Of a stretch of 64,000 bases of DNA, positions 57,165 through 64,000 are shown piece after piece (positions within the stretch are counted from its first letter, which is position 1; the number at the start of each line of letters is the position of its first letter). Under the pieces are notes generated by a model, which saw only the letters and a program-made list of their open reading frames with translations, was not told the origin of the DNA and did no database searches. The stretch is from Methanobacteriota archaeon (GTDB taxonomy: Archaea > Thermoplasmatota > E2 > DHVEG-1). A program made the position numbers and the translations under genes. Location: assembly GCA_903877165.1 (NCBI GenBank), contig CAIRCU010000024.1:4688-68687 (forward strand). Reading direction: 5' to 3'.

Positions 57165-57701
57165 TTACGTTTTCATTCCTGATGCAAGACGCGATGAAAG
57201 CACAGTCAACGCGTCCGTGACAGCCTCAACCGATGGTCCGTCAGCGACCATCTTCCCCGAATCAAACAGGAGTATAACTGTATTTGGGTCTTCGGTCTTC
57301 ACCATCAACCCTGGGAAGTCCGGCTGCTCCGCCGGCACAACCTGCAGAGTCTTCCGCAGCTCATCCAGCGGCAGCGGCATCCCCAAATGAAGTGAAGCTA
57401 CCGCATGCTCAACGGTCAGCATCGCTCGTTTGTTCTTCGAAACCCCAAGCAGGGACAGCCGCTGATCCATCAGCGAGACCACTTCTTCCGCCTCGGAAAG
57501 CGACGTGACCCCAGTAACCTTCATCTCGCCAGAGTCAAACAGGAACACCGCAGCGCGAGGCTGGGGAACCTGTACCATCAGCACCGGGGTCTCCTCCGGT
57601 TTATATGTCGCATGGGTAAGCGCGGAAGCGAGAGTAGCGAGATCAAGATGCTGCGCAATAGGGCAGGAAATAACAATGTTTTCCACCTGGACCTCGGGCA
57701 T
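57165..57701 (-). CDS. Divergent TBP paralog (TBP-like), 22 nt upstream of tbp
   Basis: Same two-repeat architecture (MPEVQVENIVIS…LFDSGEMKVTG / …PDFPGLMV…LLFDSGKMVADG). First-repeat 'EQFPGL' is replaced by 'EETPVL'. Confidence 0.7.
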   Translation of the reverse strand: MPEVQVENIVISCPIAQHLDLATLASALTHATYKPEETPVLMVQVPQPRAAVFLFDSGEMKVTGVTSLSEAEEVVSLMDQRLSLLGVSKNKRAMLTVEHAVASLHLGMPLPLDELRKTLQVVPAEQPDFPGLMVKTEDPNTVILLFDSGKMVADGPSVEAVTDALTVLSSRLASGMKT

Positions 57702-57781
57702 TATTGATATTTCCCCTCCTTATAGTATATAAAGGGTATTTATAAAGATTTCTTTAAAAACTAGGAATCGGAGATGATTGT

Positions 57782-58486
57782 TCACCACACCTTATCGACA
57801 TCAAGATCTGATTCCTCTTCTGTTGCAGGCCGCTTGCGCGCACCCTTCTTCGCCCCAGCGTTCTCCAATAACCCATGAATCTCCCGGGACCGGTCCTCCA
57901 TACGGTGCTCGGAGGAAACGACGACCAGCTCACCCCGGGTCTTCTCGATAAGACTGCGAATGACATCCTGTTTTTTCTTGATAGGAACAAGACCCGAAGG
58001 GTAATCAAAACTCATGACCGCATCATAAATCTGGTCCATGAGCTTGAGGTACTCAGTCGCCTTCTTCGTCTCACTCTCCAACATAAGGTCCAACGCCGCT
58101 CGGCGCAACTCACCGACGACGTCACACAACCCCATGAGATATGAACTCGACGTCGTCTGTAGTGCCTCCGGGCTGGGGAGATCCTTTCCCTGCATGATAC
58201 ACAGCAGACAGGAGGCTTCTACGAACTCCTGCTCCGCATTCTCCACGTACCCCGCAAAGAAGATATCCTGATGCTGCTTCGTCAGCGTCCTCATCTGAGA
58301 CAACAACGACGCCGCCTGCCCGATGAACTCCTCCGCCGCAGGCGTCAAGTCCCGATGCAGATGCTGAATCGCTCTCCGGCAGTAAATAATGATATCCCGG
58401 GAGAAACGGAGTGCCCCCTCACGGACTTTCTCCTTCTCAGAAATCTCCTGGTCTATCTTCGCCATGATCGCATCAAGGTTCTTCAT
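57782..58486 (-). CDS. Translin-family protein
   Basis: 234 aa. 'YLMGLCDVVGELRRAALD' resembles the translin GELxR signature. All-helical. Assignment from memory of the motif. Confidence 0.55.
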   Translation of the reverse strand: MKNLDAIMAKIDQEISEKEKVREGALRFSRDIIIYCRRAIQHLHRDLTPAAEEFIGQAASLLSQMRTLTKQHQDIFFAGYVENAEQEFVEASCLLCIMQGKDLPSPEALQTTSSSYLMGLCDVVGELRRAALDLMLESETKKATEYLKLMDQIYDAVMSFDYPSGLVPIKKKQDVIRSLIEKTRGELVVVSSEHRMEDRSREIHGLLENAGAKKGARKRPATEEESDLDVDKVW

Positions 58487-58514
58487 AGAGCAGAGAAGAC
58501 AACGCCCCTTTTTC

Positions 58515-59456
58515 TTACTTTGGTCGATTCACCCAGAACTCCGGCGTCTTCCCCGCCAACACCAGAAGCACCTGCTCCGCGCAAATCGAACCTGCCCGCA
58601 GCTGCCCTTCTTTCGTCGACGCCCCGATATGCGGCGTGCACACCACGCCGGGATGGTTCACGATGTCTTTGAACACTGGCGGCTCAGCCTCGTACACATC
58701 CAACGCGGCAGCCCGGACCTTCCCAGCCTGCAGCGCCTTGAGCAGCGCCTTCTCATCGACGGTGCCGCCACGCGCGCAGTTCACCAGGATGACGCCGTTC
58801 TTCATCTTTCCGAACTCTGCATCCTTGAGCACCGCGCCCTCCTGCTTGTTGAACGGGATATGCAAAGAGATATAATCCGCAGACCCTAGCAACGCATCCA
58901 AGGAGACAAGGGTGATGCCTTTCATCGGCGATTTCGTCACATACTTATCGTACGCAACCACCTTCATGTTGCAGGCCATCGCACGTTTCGCCAGCTCCGC
59001 CCCGATCCGGCCAATGCCGATGATCCCCAGGGTTTTCTCGGAGAGCTCCACACCTTTAAACGCTTTCTTCTCCCACAGACCCTGCTTCATGGAACGGTCC
59101 GCCTGAGGAATCGAACGAGACGTGGCAAGCATCAGACCCAACGCGAGCTCCGCGACGCTGACCGTCGACCCGGTTGGCGCATTCACAACTTTGATGTTAT
59201 ACTTACTTGCGGTCGGCAGGTCGATGTTGTCCACACCGATGCCCGCACGGCCGATGACCTTGAGGTTCCCTTTAGCGCCTTTCTCAATGACCTCCGCGGT
59301 GACCTTCGTCCGGCTGCGCACCATGAGCGCATCGTACTTCGAGATCTCGGCAAGGAGTGTCGCCGGGTCCATCTCATTGAACACGACCTCGTGGCCTGCG
59401 GTCTTCATCTGCTGAAGGACTTCCTGCTCAGTCTTATCGGTAACAAGGATCTTCAT
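58515..59456 (-). CDS. D-isomer-specific 2-hydroxyacid dehydrogenase (phosphoglycerate dehydrogenase-like, no ACT domain)
   Basis: NAD site GIIGIGRIGAELAKRA. Catalytic R/E/H framework (…CARG…HIGAST). Confidence 0.85.
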   Translation of the reverse strand: MKILVTDKTEQEVLQQMKTAGHEVVFNEMDPATLLAEISKYDALMVRSRTKVTAEVIEKGAKGNLKVIGRAGIGVDNIDLPTASKYNIKVVNAPTGSTVSVAELALGLMLATSRSIPQADRSMKQGLWEKKAFKGVELSEKTLGIIGIGRIGAELAKRAMACNMKVVAYDKYVTKSPMKGITLVSLDALLGSADYISLHIPFNKQEGAVLKDAEFGKMKNGVILVNCARGGTVDEKALLKALQAGKVRAAALDVYEAEPPVFKDIVNHPGVVCTPHIGASTKEGQLRAGSICAEQVLLVLAGKTPEFWVNRPK

Positions 59457-59537
59457 AAGGTATCGCCTCGCCCAAGGGTAACCGGTCCACCATCAAATAT
59501 TTTATGGCAGAATCAGGCCAAAAAACACCCAAACACT

Positions 59538-60827
<1,290 letters not shown>

Positions 60828-60931
60828 TTAGCTCCCCAAGTAGCCTCTGCGAACACCTCGGGGCTTTAAAAAAATTGCGTTAGGCGAAACTCTTAAGAAT
60901 CAAGAGGAGTTGAGTCACCCGAGGTGAAGTT

Positions 60932-61699
60932 ATGGTAGATCTCGTCATTGTCGGAATTGTCATATTGGTTTTTATCATCATCCTGCTTGCCTCCGCGATT
61001 CGTATCATGGCGGAGTATCAGCGGATCGTCGTCTTCCGTCTGGGGCGACTAGCGGGCATCAAGGGCCCCGGCCTCGTGTTCATCATCCCGATGGTCGATC
61101 GGATCATTAAGCTTGATTTGCGTACCCGCGTCATCGACGTACCCAAACAACGGGTGATCACCCGAGACAATGTCACGGTTGATGTGGATGCAGTCGTCTA
61201 CTTCCGGATTACAGATGCACAGAAGGCGATTGTTGAAGTCCAGCGGTATGATGTGGCAACCAGTCTGCTTGCACAAACGACCCTTCGTGATATCCTGGGC
61301 CAGAAGAGTCTAGATGATCTCCTCGCTCAGCGGGAAGAATTGAATAAAAGCCTGCAGGCTATCCTGGACATCGGGACCGACCCCTGGGGCATCAAGATCT
61401 CGGCGGTGACCCTCAAGGACGTCTCGCTTCCCGAGGAGATGCTGCGGGCGATCGCCAAACAGGCTGAGGCAGAGCGGGAGAAACGCTCACGGATCATCAT
61501 GGCCGAAGGAGAGTTCCTCGCATCACAGAAAATGGCGGATGCGGCGAAACTCTACGAGCAAACGCCGGTCGCGTTGAGGCTACGTGAACTACAGACGCTG
61601 ACGGAGATCGCGCGAGAAAAGAACCTCATCGTCGTCCCCGGTAGCGAAATGGGATACATCGCGGGCATCGCACGGGCAGTGACCCAAAAGAAAGAATGA
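60932..61699 (+). CDS. Stomatin/prohibitin (SPFH, band-7) family protein
   Basis: N-terminal TM. 'EYQRIVVFRLGR…PMVDRI' SPFH domain. Coiled-coil tail. Confidence 0.9.
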   Translation: MVDLVIVGIVILVFIIILLASAIRIMAEYQRIVVFRLGRLAGIKGPGLVFIIPMVDRIIKLDLRTRVIDVPKQRVITRDNVTVDVDAVVYFRITDAQKAIVEVQRYDVATSLLAQTTLRDILGQKSLDDLLAQREELNKSLQAILDIGTDPWGIKISAVTLKDVSLPEEMLRAIAKQAEAEREKRSRIIMAEGEFLASQKMADAAKLYEQTPVALRLRELQTLTEIAREKNLIVVPGSEMGYIAGIARAVTQKKE

Positions 61700-63021
61700 G
61701 CAGACGTCTCTCCTTTTTCTTTCTCTATGCCGGAATCATCCTCCTGGTGATTCCTCCAGTCCTTGCTCAAGGGCATGGCCCTGTGGTGTTCGTGAGCATT
61801 ACCGATGAGATTGATCAGACGGCTGCGGATACCTTCGCCAACGCGATGGCGTTTGCGCGTCAGCATCAAGCCCAAGCCGTCGTCATGCTGTTGAATACTC
61901 CGGGGGGAGGGCTGCAGCAGACATTTGCCATGGATGCGTTGATTCAGAACAGTTCTATTCCTGTGGTCGGCTTCGTCTACCCCTCCGGGGCGACCGCCTG
62001 GTCCGCTGGGACGTTCCTCTTACTCAGTTCCCACGTGGCGGCCATGGCGAACCACACCATCATCGGGTCCTGTCAGCCTGTGGAGATCGGTCTCACCGGC
62101 ACCCGGCTCATCAACGATTCGAAGACAATCAACGCGCTCGTGCAATGGCTGCAGGAGCGCGCTCGGATGTACGGCCGCAACGAGACGCTCGCCGCGGAGT
62201 TCATCACGCAGAACCGCAACGTCGATGCGACCGTCGCGTATCAGCTGGGTGAGATTGATGTGCAGGCGGATAGCATCCCACAGTTGTTGGATGCTCTCGA
62301 CGGACGTAACGTTACCGTCGCTACCGGGCAGGTGACCTTGCATACGAAAGGAGCGGAGCAGTTAACCTATGAAAAGCCGCTGTCCTTGGAGTTCTACGGA
62401 TTATTAACAAACCCGATTCTCGCCGGCCTGCTCTTGATGCTCGGGGTGTTTTCGCTGATCGTCGGCCTGGCGACGCCAGGGTACGGCGCTGAGGTCTTCG
62501 GCGGTATCGCGATCCTCTTAGGTCTCGTAGGCATCGGGTTCAACATCTCGATCCTGAGCATAATGTTTATAATTCTCGGCGTGGTTCTCCTCCTGGTCGA
62601 AATCTATGTCACTCCAGGGTTTACCGTGGTGGGGATCGGAGGTATCTTCTGTCTCGTCATCGGCGGAGTGTTTCTCATCCCAAGCTACCCGACCCGAGAG
62701 TGGCTGATCTCAGGTGATTACATGACTACAGCGTTCCTCATCCTCCTAATCGTCATCCTCATCTTCGCGGTCTTCTTCGGCTTTGTCCTCTACAAGGTAA
62801 TCCAGGTCCGGCGTAAGCGGCCGTCGATAGGGCTGTTTGCCGGGGAGACAGCGGTGACGATTGACCGACTGGCACCTGAGAAACCCGGGTACGTGCGGTA
62901 CAAAGGAGAGTATTGGCTGGCCAATTCGACAGTGGCCATTGAGCCGAACACAAAGGTTCTGATTTTACAAAAAGAGGACACCGTTCTCCACGTCCAACCC
63001 TATAAATCACCAAAGAATTAA
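61696..63021 (+). CDS. NfeD-family membrane-bound ClpP-class protease (stomatin operon partner)
   Basis: Signal peptide, serine-protease domain, multi-TM region and a C-terminal OB-fold. ATGA overlap with the stomatin gene. Confidence 0.85.
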   Translation: MSRRLSFFFLYAGIILLVIPPVLAQGHGPVVFVSITDEIDQTAADTFANAMAFARQHQAQAVVMLLNTPGGGLQQTFAMDALIQNSSIPVVGFVYPSGATAWSAGTFLLLSSHVAAMANHTIIGSCQPVEIGLTGTRLINDSKTINALVQWLQERARMYGRNETLAAEFITQNRNVDATVAYQLGEIDVQADSIPQLLDALDGRNVTVATGQVTLHTKGAEQLTYEKPLSLEFYGLLTNPILAGLLLMLGVFSLIVGLATPGYGAEVFGGIAILLGLVGIGFNISILSIMFIILGVVLLLVEIYVTPGFTVVGIGGIFCLVIGGVFLIPSYPTREWLISGDYMTTAFLILLIVILIFAVFFGFVLYKVIQVRRKRPSIGLFAGETAVTIDRLAPEKPGYVRYKGEYWLANSTVAIEPNTKVLILQKEDTVLHVQPYKSPKN

Positions 63022-63083
63022 TAACTCCCTCTTCTTTTCGGTGCCGAAAAGCAAATCAGCTCATCAACCGGAATTGAACAAGT

Positions 63084-64000
63084 ATGTCTTCTCCACTTGA
63101 CTGTCAGTTTCTTGGCGGTGGTAACGAAGTCGGCAATGTCGCTATGTTGTTAGAGTACAACAGGCGCCGCTTCCTCTTCGACTACGGGATGGCCCCAGGC
63201 AAACCACCGTCGTTTCCGCTCCCGCCACCGCCCGTGGACCTCACACTGCTGAGTCATGGGCATCTTGACCATACCGGGATGATTCCCTGGCTGTGCGCCC
63301 AGTCCGACCAGACGATTAATGCAACCATGGTTACCGGGGAACTCAGCAACCTGCTACAGAAAGATTCGATTAAGATCGCGTTGATGGACGGCTACTCCAT
63401 CCCTTATTCCAGCAACGACATCCGTGAGGCGGAGCACTGCCTCATACCCGTGGAGCCTGGGACGAGGCGTGAGATCGGGCAGGACACAGAGCTGCTGTTC
63501 CATTCCTCCGGGCATATCCCCGGCGGATTGATGTTCGAGCTACGTGGAGACAAGACCGTGCTGTTCACCGGGGATTTCAACGTCGTCGACACCCACCTCG
63601 TCAAAGGGACATCTCCCGTGAAATGCGACGTGCTGTTCATGGAAGGCACCTATGCCGGCCGGGACCACGTCAACCGCCCAGAGATGGAGAGGGCGTTCGT
63701 CGAAAAGATCAACGAGGTCGTGAACCGCGGCGGCGTCGCCATCGTCCCCGCATTCGCACTCGCCCGTTCCCAGGAGATTCTCATCGCCCTCAAAGATCAA
63801 GGCCTCAATGTCTGGTTCGACGGCATGGGCAGGAAGATTTCAAAAATATTCCTTCAATACCCCAGGTACCTGCGGTCCCCAAAGGATCTGAAGAAGGCGA
63901 TGAAGGAAGTTAACCTGGTGCATTCTGATCATGGCCGTAAACTCGCATTGAAAGCCGACGTCATCGTGACCTCCAGTGGCATGATGGACGGTGGGCCGAT
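63084..64000 (+). CDS. Metallo-beta-lactamase / beta-CASP family ribonuclease (aCPSF/RNase J-like), 3' end beyond the window
   Basis: LSHGHLDHTG motif. Downstream HSSGH and EGTY…D (beta-CASP motifs). No stop before 64000. Confidence 0.75.
   Translation, partial: MSSPLDCQFLGGGNEVGNVAMLLEYNRRRFLFDYGMAPGKPPSFPLPPPPVDLTLLSHGHLDHTGMIPWLCAQSDQTINATMVTGELSNLLQKDSIKIALMDGYSIPYSSNDIREAEHCLIPVEPGTRREIGQDTELLFHSSGHIPGGLMFELRGDKTVLFTGDFNVVDTHLVKGTSPVKCDVLFMEGTYAGRDHVNRPEMERAFVEKINEVVNRGGVAIVPAFALARSQEILIALKDQGLNVWFDGMGRKISKIFLQYPRYLRSPKDLKKAMKEVNLVHSDHGRKLALKADVIVTSSGMMDGGP

Overview
Read directly from the sequence: 64 kb of GC-rich archaeal chromosome, with a few conspicuously AT-rich islands, densely coding on both strands. 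Archaeal identity is supported by aEF-1alpha followed by ribosomal protein S10 and tRNAs, two TBP genes, archaeal-type TyrRS, prefoldin beta, Ogg2, translin and a stomatin/NfeD pair. There are no CRISPR arrays and no transposase or integrase genes.

Main content:
- Housekeeping genes: tuf (partial), rps10, three tRNAs (Ser-TGA, Arg-TCT, Thr-CGT), tyrS, purB, uppS, eno, a serA-like dehydrogenase, gpmA, rnhB, xth, a Sun-family m5C RNA methyltransferase, msrA/msrB, trxB, cutA and a ThiI-like PP-loop protein.
- An nrdR-nrdD-nrdG anaerobic ribonucleotide reductase operon.
- Hydrogenase maturation genes (hycI, hypE, hypF) with no hydrogenase structural genes in the window.
- Two ABC-2 exporter pairs (ATPase plus permease) and two MFS transporters.
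- An orphan SPPY-motif DNA methyltransferase.
- Many large secreted or membrane-anchored surface proteins rich in N-x-S/T sequons: three parallel beta-helix (NosD-like) paralogs, a tandem-repeat FN3-like protein, and a large protein with a clan-CD-like His/Cys dyad.

Most interesting locus (48.9-55.4 kb): two paralogous ASST-like beta-propeller genes, each followed by a CxxCxxCC (YkgJ-like) gene on the opposite strand. One ykgJ copy is a decayed fragment. An AT-rich block carrying a NosD-like gene and the second ASST gene lies between the fragment and the intact copy.

Other notable observations:
- A tandem canonical TBP plus a divergent TBP paralog.
- An N-terminal zinc-ribbon module shared by an ABC ATPase and an unrelated membrane protein.
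- A beta-helix / Ca-binding / HExxH chimeric protein.
- An AT-rich island next to tRNA-Thr.
- Palindromes over the predicted nrdR transcription start.

Note on the ORF track: several of its 'M' starts are TTG or GTG codons. I re-called those starts to the nearest plausible downstream ATG where homology supported it. Lineage guesses are inference only.
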